Shown: in pieces, positions 12,625 through 24,186 of the stretch
Layout: each line of letters opens with the position of its first letter
Position numbering within the stretch: the stretch's first letter is position 1
DNA from: Leucoraja ocellata
Taxonomy: Eukaryota
Reading direction: 5' to 3'
Length of the DNA stretch: 64,000 nucleotides
Assembly (NCBI GenBank): GCA_036785375.1
Contig: JAWMAR010000118.1
Location: forward strand, 5,518,001 to 5,582,000
Made by a program: the position numbers and the translations under genes
The notes under the pieces: model-generated
The model's database searches: none
Told to the model about the DNA's origin: nothing
What the model saw: only the letters and a program-made list of their open reading frames with translations

Positions 12625-12712
12625 GGACCAGGAGAGGCCATTTGGACCCTCAGGTTTGCCCTGCCATTCAATATGATCATGGCTGATCTGCCCCAGCGTT
12701 CATCCCCTCTTG
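12625..12712 (-). mobile_element. Short CR1-type 3' end
   Basis: GGCCATTTGGACCCTC...CCATTCAATATGATCATGGCTGATC, same family as 13382. Confidence 0.7.
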
Positions 12713-13008
12713 ATTTATTTGACTACAGAGAACTCTCAGTAGGCATTTGGGAGACTGACCTGAGACCTGGCATTTAATGTCAATGAGCATGTAGGAATCC
12801 AGTACCAAACAGCACATTTTTGGATTAATTCTCATGTCTGGGAATAGTAACTAACTCCCCTCAAAATATTGGCCATGAAATAACAATGAAGTCCAACTTG
12901 CACGTTTTAGTGAACGGTGAGGATGTGCATGCACTATGCCATTTAGTACAAATGTTACGTGCCATTAACATTAAAGATGCTGTTCCTGGTACCATAATAT
13001 CTATCTAT

Positions 13009-13318
13009 AGTGGTGCAGCGGTAGAGCTGCTGCCTCAGAGTGCCAGAAATCTAGGTTTGTTCCTGACCTCAGGTGCTGTCTGTGTAGAGTTTGCACGTTT
13101 TCCCTGTGGCCATGTGGGTTTCCTCCGAATGCTCTAGTTTCCTCCCACATCCCAAAGACGTGCGGGTTTGTAGGTTAATTGGTCTTTGTAAGTTGCTCCT
13201 CGTGGGTAGGGAGTGGATGAGAAAGTGGGATAACATTCAACTAGTGTGTTCCATGGGCATCGTGGACTTGGTGGGCCAAAGGGCTTGTTTCCATGCTGGA
13301 TCATTCAATCAAACAAAA
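13009..13318 (+). mobile_element. tRNA-derived SINE (V-SINE-like)
   Basis: GTGGTGCAGCGGTAGAGCTGCTGCCTCA head, GAGTTTGCACGTTTTCCC core, GTGGGCCAAAGGGCTTGTTTCCATGCTG tail. Confidence 0.85.
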
Positions 13319-13381
13319 TTACCTTAGACGATGTCTACTTCAAGACATCTTTCTGTGCTGTAATCTGAGCACTTGTTAGTA

Positions 13382-13641
13382 AACATAGAAACATAGAAAT
13401 TAGGTTGCAGGAGTAGGCCATTCGGCCCTTCGAGCCTGCACCGCCATTCAATATGATCATGGCTGATCATCCAACTCAGTATCCCATACCTGCCTTCTCT
13501 CCATACCCCCTGATCCCCTTAGCCACAAGGGCCACATCTAACTCCCTCTTAAATATAGCCAATGAACTGGCCTCAACTACCCTCTGTGGCAGAGAGTTCC
13601 AGAGATTCACCACTCTCTGTGTGAAAAAAGTTCTTCTCATT
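13382..13641 (-). mobile_element. Young CR1-type LINE 3' end
   Basis: (AAACATAG)n tail. Only about 4 differences from the copy at 48005 by manual comparison. Minus strand encodes FFTQRVVNLWNSLPQRVVEA. Confidence 0.92.
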
Positions 13642-14480
13642 CTCATAGTAGTTTAATGTTCATAAACAGTGATGATCTTTGCTGATCAAACCCTACCTCG
13701 CCTACATGATCTGGATGCTGCCATTTCTCCTTATGCTCTGTCACTTCATTTCAGCAGCTCAGAGGATGCAATGGGTCATGCTAGAAGTTAAGAGAACTGG
13801 ATGTGATGAATTAGCTGTGGGCTGAACCTTGTGCAAAATGGTATAACATCAGGACTCGGGTTAAAGGCTGCACGCCGTATACAGGACTTATACATGCACA
13901 TTAAGCTGTTTCATCCAGGGTTACAATGAAGTACAGATATAATGTATGTTGTTACTCCGAGCTGAACAAATCCAGCTGTAGGTAATGCAGTAACATTACC
14001 GTATCAGTCTTTTATGGTCAAATTTAAAGTTTCTATTTGGAATCTTCTCTAGATTACTCACCGACTTAGAATCTATGGTTTGCATTTTTTGTTCTGAAGT
14101 AAATATACAATCATTCAAATGTGATCTTGGACCACTGACTTTAGCAAATGGCCTTCTTCACATTTAAGATGCTTTACAGATGGGAGTCACAGCAGCCTGC
14201 TCAGCCACAACTATCTCTGTAGGTTGATAGATGGGTATAAATCTCAACAATCCTTTCCTGACAACCAATTTCTAGAATCTGATCTGGTTAAAGACATGAC
14301 TTTCATACCGAAGCCAGAGGAAACTGGCTTCTATTTTTTTTTAAACGGTCTCGTTATATTTAATCAAGATCTACCTCTTAATGATATAGGTTTTAATTAC
14401 AATTTTGTTTCAGCTCACTGTGACTCCTTGTAAATGTATATATATTTTTTACAGATCTAGGTTCCCTCCCAACTACATTT

Positions 14481-14552
14481 CCACTCCCCCCACCCCCCCC
14501 CCCCCCCCCACCCCGACCCTCCCCACCCACCCGCCCCCTCCCCACCAACCCA
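14481..14552 (-). repeat. C-rich tract (G-quadruplex-forming potential on the minus strand)
   Basis: About ten runs of 3 or more C with short spacers. Confidence 0.8.
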
Positions 14553-17075
14553 CGCAACTTCATTAGCAGCTGTGATGGTTCTTAGACTGACTGACATCTT
14601 TATTACTAAATCCAAGTGTATAAAATCACCTTGTCACAGTGTCATCATAAAAAAAAGCAAAGGTGGTTACTGTGGAGTATCTGAAACGAAAGCTGGGACA
14701 ATCAGTGTGTAAAGTCAGTTTCTTAATGGCAGTAAAATCAAATGTGCCAACAACTCCATGACTCCCCGCTGTGAGCTGACAGCATGGTGCAAGACGTTAA
14801 GGCTAAACATTCAGTTAAACAGTGATTGTGATGAAATGCCATTCTGTGCTTAGCAAAAGAACCGAACAGGTGTAGCGTGTGGGCCTTTTTTTGTTGAAAA
14901 CTGCAGGAGCATCACAGTGAAAACATATTCTGTGCATTTTATTTTCAAGGTAAGTGCAAGCCTAGTGCAAATAAATGTTTGCACCAAGCTGTGCAATAAG
15001 TCGTATGCACATTTATTAAAATCTGCTGCATGATTGCGGTATATTTTAGGTCCAATTTTTTTTTCCTCAAAATTTGTGAATAAGGATTTACTTGAATTGA
15101 ATGGGAATGTATTTCTTATGAGTTTTTTTTTCAAAGTCTGTTTTACCAGACAACAATTGATTTCTATGTATCCTAATCAGTGCACAATCTCTGTTTAATG
15201 AGGATAATAGGACATAGGGCATAATTTCATTTTTATTGGAATATATCCCTTGCATTATATTTAGTCCTGTAATGAGCATCAATGCTTTGGAAGTAATCTG
15301 CGTAATAAAATAATGACAGAGAAGGCAACGTTAAAATATCACCACCAATGTAAAGGAGCACTTTCCTGACTTATTTTGCTGATACAAATATGAATGTTAA
15401 TAGGTGTAAGTAAGCTAACTGCCATGACAGGGTTTTCTTTAGTCATACCGCTATTGTACATACCACTCCGACATTTAGCCTTCCTGTAAACGTTATGTCC
15501 TCTGTTCTCAGAATTTAACTATTTATCTCCCTCAGTTTCCTTGTCATCGTAAAATCAGCGGCCTCGATTGTTGGCAGCTTTTTGCTATATCTCTCCCACC
15601 AACCTTCTCCTTTCAAATTTCCTCAGATTTGGAAGAAATTCTCGACCTGAGCCACCAGCCCATTTGTAAAAACTGAAGGTCACAAATTTGGGATCATAGG
15701 TGTCTGTTTTGGAATTATGGTGAGATTACTAAGCGTTGAGGCTGCAGGTAGATAGAGCAACTTAATTAGTGACCAACCATAGTGGAAATATTTGAATAGT
15801 TACTTCATGAACATTGTTTCTTGCTCTATTTCATTGATTTATTTCATTTGGGTGCCTCTCGTGTCAGTGCTGAGATTTTGAAACTGTGACCAATGTGTTT
15901 TAATATCAGAAGGTTAGATTTCATACTCTTCAAGTTCTGTAAAAGAAAAATAAGGTGAGATTAACTGTGGCATGAAAGATGAAGAAGGCAATAAATTATT
16001 GCATGGGGGAAGTGAAAAACATATTTTTTGGTTAGAAACTTTGATTTTTTATTTCCCATGCAATAAATTTGCAGTGTACCCTTTCCCACGTTGTTTAAAA
16101 AAAGATATAAAAATGTAGTTACATTTATAGAAGTTACAACACAACTGATTTGTATAATTGAACATGGCTGCATTCTGCAAACTGGCAGGTGTAATAGATA
16201 AAGACGTGAACTTTATTGTAAGTGATGGGTAACAGGCTGACCATTTGATATCTTTCGATCAACTGAAAGAAGTTGCATAATTGAGTTGCAGCAAAAATGG
16301 AGGAGGAGGGACACTTAGTGAAAAGGGAAAGAGATACCCGTAAATATATCAGGATTCATAAAATTCAAGAAGCAATGGAATTTTACAACAGTTACTTAAT
16401 CAAATCGCCTTGGTTTATATTAGATTTAGTGAGGATATTGACAAGAGTGTTTTAAGCAATGTTTCAATTTGCTATTCTTTATAGTCGGCTCAATTAAAGT
16501 TTTTCCTGCAGTTCTTCCATCCTTTTATCTAATAACATTATTATTGAAGAAATTGTATCACTGCATTGTTTGACTGTGTGTAATCAAAAGTGAAAATAAC
16601 ACCACAGCCACGATACCAGCCCAGCATTAAAAAGTGTTTAAATTATTTATCTTCTCTGGTGTGCTGCATGATTTAACACAAATATATAGATTGTTGCAGT
16701 TTTATGCGTATTGAGGATAACCTATGCATAAAGCATCATAAAGAATTTACAATATTTTAATTAACGTATGAGCAGAAATAAATTTAAACTAAAATAAAAA
16801 TGAAAGTAAATTGAAATGGGTTGATAATTTTGCTCAAATAATTGCTCTCATACCGAATAAGCAGAATGCATATCTTGGCAAACACCAAGGTTGAAGGGAC
16901 CTTGTCTTTCATGCAAAGTACCTTCAGTGTGCATTTGACCCTTTTAAAATTTATCCTTTTCAGACAATGTGTTAGCTCCATTATAACAAATGTAGTTTGC
17001 TTTATTGTTGTATTTCAATGGCCACTTTCTTGCCAGGAGAGTAAAATACTGCTATTGGGAGGATTGTGTGACATA

Positions 17076-18642
17076 CAGTGCCCTCCATAATGTTTGGGAC
17101 AAAGACCCATCATTTATTTATTTGCCTATTTATGTGGTTAAAGTGCACATTGTCAGATTTTCATAAAGACCATTTTTATATGTTTTGGTTTCACCATGTA
17201 GAAATTACAGCTGTGTTTATACATAGTCCCCCCATTTCAGGGCACCATAATGTGTGGGACAAATGGCTTCACAGGTGTTAGTCATTGCCCAGGTGTGTTT
17301 AATTGCCTCCTTAATGCAGGTATAAGAGAGCTCTCAGCACCTAGTCTTTCCTCCAGCCTTTCCATGATCTTTGGAAACTTTTATTGCTGTTTATCAACAT
17401 GAGGACCAAAGTTGTGCCAATGAAAGTCAAAGAAGCCATTAAGACTGAGAAACAAGAATAAAACTGTTAGAGACATCAGCCAAACCTTAGGCTTACCAAA
17501 ATCAGCTGTTTGGAACATTATTAAGAAGAAAGAGAGCACTGTTGAGCTTATTCATTTGAAAAGGGACTGGCAGGCCAAGGAAGACCTCCACAGCTGATGA
17601 CAGAAGAATTCACTCTATAATAAAGAAAAATCCCCAAACGCCTCTCCGACAGATCAGAAACACTCTTCAGGTGCGGATTTGTCAATGACCACTGTCCACA
17701 GACGACTTCATGAACAGAAATACAGAGGCTACTCTGCAAGATGCAAACCGCTGGTTAGCCACAAAAATTGGATGGCCCGGTTACAGTTTGCCAAGCACTT
17801 AAAAGAGCAACCACAATTCTGGAAAAAAGGTCTTGTGGACAGATGAGGCAAAGATTAACTTGTATCAGAGTGATGGCAAGAGCAAAGTATGGAGGAGAGA
17901 AAGAACTGCCCAAGATCCAAAGCATACCCCCTCATCTGTGAAACACGGGTCACGGCTGCTGAAGGAACTGGCTCACTTATCTTCATTGATGATACAACTG
18001 TTGATGGTAGTAGCATAATGAATTCTGAAGTGTATAGACACATCCTATCTGCTCAAGTTCAAACCAATGCCTCAAATCTCATTGGCCAGTAGTTCATTCT
18101 ACAGCAAGACAATGATCCCAAACATACTGCTAAAGCAATAAAGGAGTTTTTCAAAGCTAAAAAATGGTAAATTCTTGAGTGGCCAAGTCAATCACCCGAT
18201 CTGAACCCAACTGAGCATGCCTTTTATATGCTAAGGAGAAAACTGAAGGGGACTAGCCCCCAAAACAAACATAAGCTAAAGATGGCAGAGCATCATCAGA
18301 GAAGACACCCAGCAACTGGTGATGTCCATGAATCACAGACTTCATGCAGTCATTGCATGCAAAGGATATGCAACAAAATACTAAACATGACTACTTTCAT
18401 TAACATCACATTGCTGTGCCCCAAACATTATGGTGCCCTGAAATGGGGCGAGTGCATTAACATAGCTGTAATTTCTACATGACAAAACCAAAATATATAA
18501 AAATGGTCTTTATTAAAATCTGACAATGTGCACTTTAACCACGTGTGATCTTTTTTTTTTCTATTACAAATCTCAAATTGTGGAGTACAGAGGCAAATAA
18601 GCAAATGATGGGTCTTTGTCCCAAACATTATGGAGGGCACTG
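17076..18642 (+). mobile_element. Full-length Tc1-family DNA transposon with long IR/DR-type terminal repeats, TA target duplication
   Basis: TA|CAGTGCCCTCCATAATGTTTGGGACAAAGACCCATCATTT at both ends (first 40 bp perfect). TIRs span about 17076-17261 and 18416-18642, each with an inner direct repeat CACCATAATGT(G/T)TGGG. TA at 17074-17075 and 18643-18644. Confidence 0.97.
17399..18384 (+). pseudogene. Inactivated Tc1 DD34E transposase
   Basis: MRTKVVPMKVKEAI start, helix-turn-helix TVRDISQTLGLPKSAVWNII, WTDEAKINL, QQDNDPKH...WPSQSPDLNPTE (34 positions between D and E), KGYATKY* end. Carries frameshifts, in-frame stops and a deletion after VKHG. Confidence 0.93.
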
Positions 18643-18697
18643 TAATGTCAAACTCTGGTGAGTAGTTTCAATGTGAAGCTTCTCGTTTTCCTCTTAA

Positions 18698-19403
18698 TGG
18701 GCCTGTCCCACTTAGGTGATTTTTCAGCGGACTGCCGCGATTGTCAAGTTGCCGGCAGTCGCCTGAAAAACCGGCAATTGGAACGGCGACTGTCAGAGTG
18801 GAACACACTCACAAACACATCGCTTCGTTTACCAGCCCGTGTGAATTTTTTAGACAGCGCTCCCCCCGCTTGCCCTGTCTAAAAAATTCACACGGTGCAA
18901 ACCCAAGGTGATACAGACACACACCGTGATGAACAGGAAGGTTGTCGCTGTAATTTAGACAGCTAAATTAAAAGAGGGGGGGGGAGAATGGGGGAGAAGG
19001 AGTGGACAACTTCTTAAGCCAGAGAAACACGGCTGTGAAGCTCGGCGAACATTTAACGTATCCTTGGTTCTGAAAACTACTGCTTACCTTTTTTTTCCCC
19101 AATGACCCAATGAAATTCACCGGTCGGCACCGGCTACAACCTCCGAGAACCTTTGGCCTCCTGGCAACCCACCGATGGCTTGAGAATTCTCGCTACTCTC
19201 CATTCTAGTCGCCGCTAATTTTTCAACATGTTGAAAAATTCACGGCGACCATAATGAGACCGCGACTAGTTCCCAGAACGCGGGAACTCCTCGCGACCAT
19301 GAAGGCGACTCCCCAGCAACCACCCGCGAACATGTGGCGACCGTGTGACGACCGCATGGTCTCCTGCAGTTGCCTAAAAAGTCGCCTAAGTGGGACAGGC
19401 CCT
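18698..19403. mobile_element. Non-autonomous PIF/Harbinger-like element (MITE), TAA target duplication
   Basis: TIR GGGCCTGTCCCACTTAGG at both ends, extending imperfectly to about 38 bp. TAA at 18695-18697 and 19404-19406. CpG-rich with no transposase ORF. Superfamily is inferred from the TSD and TIR start. Confidence 0.85.
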
Positions 19404-22400
19404 TAACTCTTCCTGTTATAATATCTGCTGCCTGACATTTTTAACTACCCAACTTCCAGCAGATCCCTTCTTTCGCATCTATTTACAGAATATTCGACTT
19501 TCTGCCCTTAGCTGTAAAAATGCACAACCTTTATGGTGGTAATTTAGATCTTACATACACTAATTAAAATGAAAACAAAAAAAATCTCTAGGATAGCACA
19601 CTTTGCATATTGTTCCCCAATGTGACTGACTTTCATTTGACTAGATTTGGGCTTTTAATCCGTACCAGTAGAAATCTCTGCTTTACTTATGAAATGCTAT
19701 TGTTGCACTGAAAAGAAGCATTCCCTCCTCACTACAATGCCTTAATGCAATGATGATATGTTTGCTCCGGCAGCTGACAAGCTATTGTATCATTTAGATT
19801 CCATAATGACACCTTGTCACACTGAAATAGTCATGTTTTCCAAATCATACATTACAGCGTTGACTCCCAACATACTGAATAATCTCGATGTGATTTTTTT
19901 TTTTACCCCGCTTCCACAATGTATACATTTTGTTTCCACTTTTCCTATTTTGGCACCTTGTGTGGTGAGCACAATTAGTTCAGGTAGAAAGTGAATTACA
20001 GCTTGTTCTCCAAAGGAGAAGAGTTAACAACATAACTGGATTCATTCACTGAAGCACAAAATAATTACAGTGGTACTTTCTAAACCGCTAATCTAAAATT
20101 CAGAGGAGCCTGCTTCTTTGGTTTGGACAACTTATTCAAAGCAAGGGGGAAATATGAGAATGAAAAGAAAATTGATTCATAAGGATGGCTTAAAATAATA
20201 TTCTGTTCCGATAAAATAACTTTACTGTCAGCTGCCACAAGTTCAAGATTCAATTCAATACTTTTCAAAACCTAATGTATGTATCAATAACTTGAATATA
20301 GTATTTGCAAAAATGAGTAGCTAAGGATTTTTTTTAATGGCTGATATTCTGTTGAATTTAATTACTAACCTATATCCAGGACAGACCAGTTAATAAATTA
20401 CTTGACACTTAAAAAAAAGGCACAATGTTATCCTGAGCTTGTGATTTACAAGCAAGAAATACAGGCATGCTGAATCGTGCCTGAATGTGGAAGGATCGGA
20501 AATTGATGCAGCTATTATCATTTCCACAATAGCAATTACTTTGAATGGTTTGTAAATAGAGTTAAATACATAACTGCAGCAGTAATAGTTAGGCACTGTT
20601 TTGGACAAAGGAATTACTGTTATGTAAGGTTGGCAATATTCAAATAATTTTAACAAAATTCAACAGAATTGTTGTTGAAATTAATGGTCCATCCGGTCTA
20701 ACAAATGTGGTGCCATATTTTGGGGCCTGTATATTCCTTTGATATGAAGATGGAAGGGGGAACTTTTATGTTTTTCTCATAATGGATGGCTTGCTGCCTT
20801 ACAAGGTGTCATAGCCGGCAATGTAGGGTGCTGTGTTAGCTTTGGAAATCACTGGAGTGCAATGAGCTGAGTGATGTCATTTTCTCCTCTTCAAAGCCCA
20901 ACAAAGAAGTGACAAAACTCACTTAGCCGAGGCAGGAGAATTCAAGTCCAACTACTGACCATCTCTTCGTTTGGCAATCTGCAGGTCAAAGGCCAGATGC
21001 TGTGACGCCTCAGCTTGCAGTGTCCTCTGAAAAATATGACCGTAATACTCTTAGATATCTGTTCATAATACTCCAGAATAGATAAGGATCACAGAATGCT
21101 GCCGAGGCCATCGAAGGGTCCATTCCAAATGTCTTATCAAGCCTGCACTGCAGTAAATATGTTCACAGAATTTTCTGAATGGACAGATATCTTACTGACA
21201 AACCCAGATATTCTCTGGAGGTAGTGGAAATAACGCACAGATTGCCGTGTCTTGCCAATGCATCAATTGACTAAAACCAACAAGGGATTTTTAACTTTTG
21301 TTTTGCCTCATCCCTGTTGCTTTCTTTCACTACATTGTTTTCAAATACCTGGAGATTTATTTAACTCTGTTGGCAGCATAAGTATATAAGTCAGCTACCT
21401 GACATAAGCATGCTGGAGACTCCCAGCAATTGACGGAAATAAGTGGTAAAATTAATACTTGTACCTTGCTATTAGCTAAATGAATTCAGTGAACTAATTA
21501 GTATAAATAAGGAAACAAACTAATCCTTTTTGACTGTTAAGTTTCCCGCTTTATACTTTATAGTTGCTTAATTGCATTTGGTCAATCATTCAACTGCAGC
21601 TTTTGAAAAAAAATGTCTTCAACGGCTTATCGGCTGTCTTGTACTATCTAGCAATGCACTACACATTTCTCTTTGTTATTATAGAAAGGGGTTAAAGTGT
21701 CGAGCAGGTAAATGCTCTTTCTGTCCAGCTCAGTATGGTTTCAGAGAGACATTCTTTTACCAGACTGAGTCAAGGACCCTGCCTGCAACAATTTTTCCTT
21801 GCAGCCAGTGCTGTTAATGAGAGCAGTAATTAATTGATATCTCTCCCATCCCTTGACTACCACTCGGGGCAAAGAGTGGGGATTAAATTTTTCCCAAGTC
21901 AACATTAGAGTGAGCAGAATGTGCATTGACTTACAACAGCTCTGTGAATTCATCTAATTTAGAGTACTTACTCTTCCACTTATTACATTGTAATTACTGC
22001 TCTCCAATACATTATGTTCACAGGCTTCAGTTGGAAATTATTAGTGCACTCTTCCTCTCTCCCCTTGAAATTCCATGGCACTATTAACGTGGAACTGGAA
22101 CATCCACAACTATCTATAAATTCAGTTGTCAGGTGTTAGTTTTTATTCTGATCTGCAGTTGAATTTAAAATTAGAGGCACTAAAATTCACATTAGCCACT
22201 CGAGCAATGGAATTCAAAAAACTATATTTAACAAAGAAAACCTTTTCTGTCAGAAAAAAAGCTATTTGGGAGGTTATGATCTTATCCTTTTGTGGGTGAA
22301 GAATTGACTTATTTCCATTTTGTGCTGTCAATGCAAAATTTGATATCACTCTGCACTGAAGCCAAAGATTTGGTTGTGTTTTTCAAATGGGGGTTAATTT

Positions 22401-22951
22401 GTGTCAATTGAAAAATTATTAAATCAATCTTTGGGGAATTTTGCCTTTGTACTTTTTTTGTTACAACTTTTCTATTAGCATTTTGAGACAACCCACATTT
22501 AAATCTCAACGTGTTAACTGCAGTCATTGCTTTTAAATATTTCTGTGCTGGTTTTGTCCAGCGTATGAGTATTTAAAAAAAACCTTGTAAGTCTTTCTGC
22601 CATAATCCAGGGCCGATTATACACAGATTGCCTATCTTTCTTTGAACTGTTCTCGCAGCGAATGTGAGAAGTCATTGCTCGGGTAGAATTTAAGTGGAAG
22701 AACTGATCTTGGGAGGGAATAGTTTGTGTGGATTGTTTCTATTCTTTCTGCCCCTCCTCCACCCGACCCCCTCCCCTGCTTTATGTTTTGTTTACCACCT
22801 GTCTCCAGTTTTGATAAACCTCTGTCGTGCCCTTATGCTGATTATGTTCGTGTAGAACAACTTGTATTGACTAACGAATGAATGATGCCTGGTCCCTTAC
22901 CTCTCAGGAAGGCCCTAAAGAATGTTGTTTTTAATTCAATGCTTTCCACAG

Positions 22952-23364
22952 GCTTCTCTGCAGAATGTCAGCAAAGGATCGACACATTGATTCGAGCTGC
23001 TCATCATACATTAAGACAGAGCCGTCCAGCCCTGCCTCACTGACAGACAGTATCAATCACCACAGTCCAGGTGGCTCGTCGGACGCCAGTGGGAGCTACA
23101 GCTCCACTATGAATGGACATCAGAATGGCCTGGACTCACCCCCGCTCTACACCACCACCACCCTGGGTACCAACGGCAGCTCCCGTAAACGATACGACGA
23201 CTGTTCAAGCACTATAGCCGAAGACTCGCAGACCAAGTGCGAGTACATGTTGAACTCCATGCCTAAAAGATTATGTTTGGTCTGCGGCGACATAGCATCA
23301 GGATATCACTATGGTGTGGCTTCATGCGAGGCATGCAAAGCCTTCTTCAAGCGCACTATACAAG
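22952..23364 (+). CDS. ESRRG: ESRRG coding exon 2: A/B domain and first C4 zinc finger; contains short-isoform ATG at 22965
   Basis: Acceptor tttccacag|G. Reads [27 protein letters not shown]...[31 protein letters not shown], with the ERR P-box CEACKA and the phospho-SUMO motif IKTEPSSP. Donor CAAG|gtaatg. 413 nt. Confidence 0.98.
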
Positions 23365-23477
23365 GTAATGCCCCCTTCATATTCTATCACGTATCCTTGC
23401 AATATTTGTAATAAAGGCAAAACAGAAAGCCACGTAAAACATAAAACCAAGTGGGTTTAAGCACAACTTTGCTTCTG

Positions 23478-23670
23478 TTAGTTTAGTTTAGAGATACAAG
23501 TGTGGAAACAGGCCCTTTGGCCCACCAAGTCCATGTGGACCATCACACACTAGTTCATCTTATCCCACTTTTTGCATCTTACACACTAGGGGAAATTTTC
23601 AGAGGTCAATTAATGTACAACCCGCATGTCTCTGTCGCTTTGAAGCAGCAGCTGTACCGCCATGCCACTC
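23478..23670 (-). mobile_element. SINE copy, internally deleted
   Basis: (TTTAG)n tail, GGAAACAGGCCCTTTGGCCCACC, and head remnant AGCAGCTGTACCGCCATGCCAC. Confidence 0.75.
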
Positions 23671-23859
23671 CTCCCGCTATCTCTCGAATTTGATTAATTG
23701 ATCAAGCTAAATTTGTGGTTGCGGTTATCAGCTGACAAAATAAAATTTGAGCTACTAGGTTATCTGAAGATAAAGCACTTTTGTACAGATCAAACTTGGT
23801 TTTACAAACTTTCCTCAGGTGAGGCAAAGCGGTCAGCAGTTATCTTTGTCAGGTAATTT

Positions 23860-24186
23860 CAAACATAGGAGATGTGGCCCATTGAGTCAGTACCAGCTCT
23901 CAGACACATCCCATTTCCCCACCTCCTCTACCTATTCTTTCACGCAACCCATAACAATGCCCTGGCTTTACCTACCTTCCGTCCACACTTTTGGAAATTT
24001 ATAGATAACAATCAACCTAATGACCTGCATATCTTCGGGAGGTGGGAGGAAACCTGAACAACGAGAGAAAACCCACACAGGCCTGGAGAAGAAGATACAA
24101 ACTCCATGCACACATCACCCAAGGTCAGGTTCACACCCAGGCCACTGAAACTACAACACATCAGTGCAACCCACTGCACACTGTGT
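23860..24186 (-). mobile_element. Old SINE copy (V-SINE-like)
   Basis: GTGGGAGGAAACC...AAAACCCACAC...ACAAACTCCA... is the reverse of the core seen at 13009. Confidence 0.7.

Noticed and set aside
11789-15682. ERR response elements TGAAGGTCA at 11789 and 15674 (plus one in a CR1 at 51809) as autoregulatory sites
   Set aside because: An 8-base-specified motif is expected about twice by chance in 64 kb on both strands, so there is no enrichment without conservation data.
17078-18640. Two similar ORFs beginning MPSIMFGTKTHH on opposite strands
   Set aside because: They are the two Tc1 terminal inverted repeats, not genes.
23365-23411. ORF extensions past the exon ends (also at 55003-55072, 55184-55224 and 57503-57524)
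   Set aside because: Intronic read-through beyond canonical splice sites.
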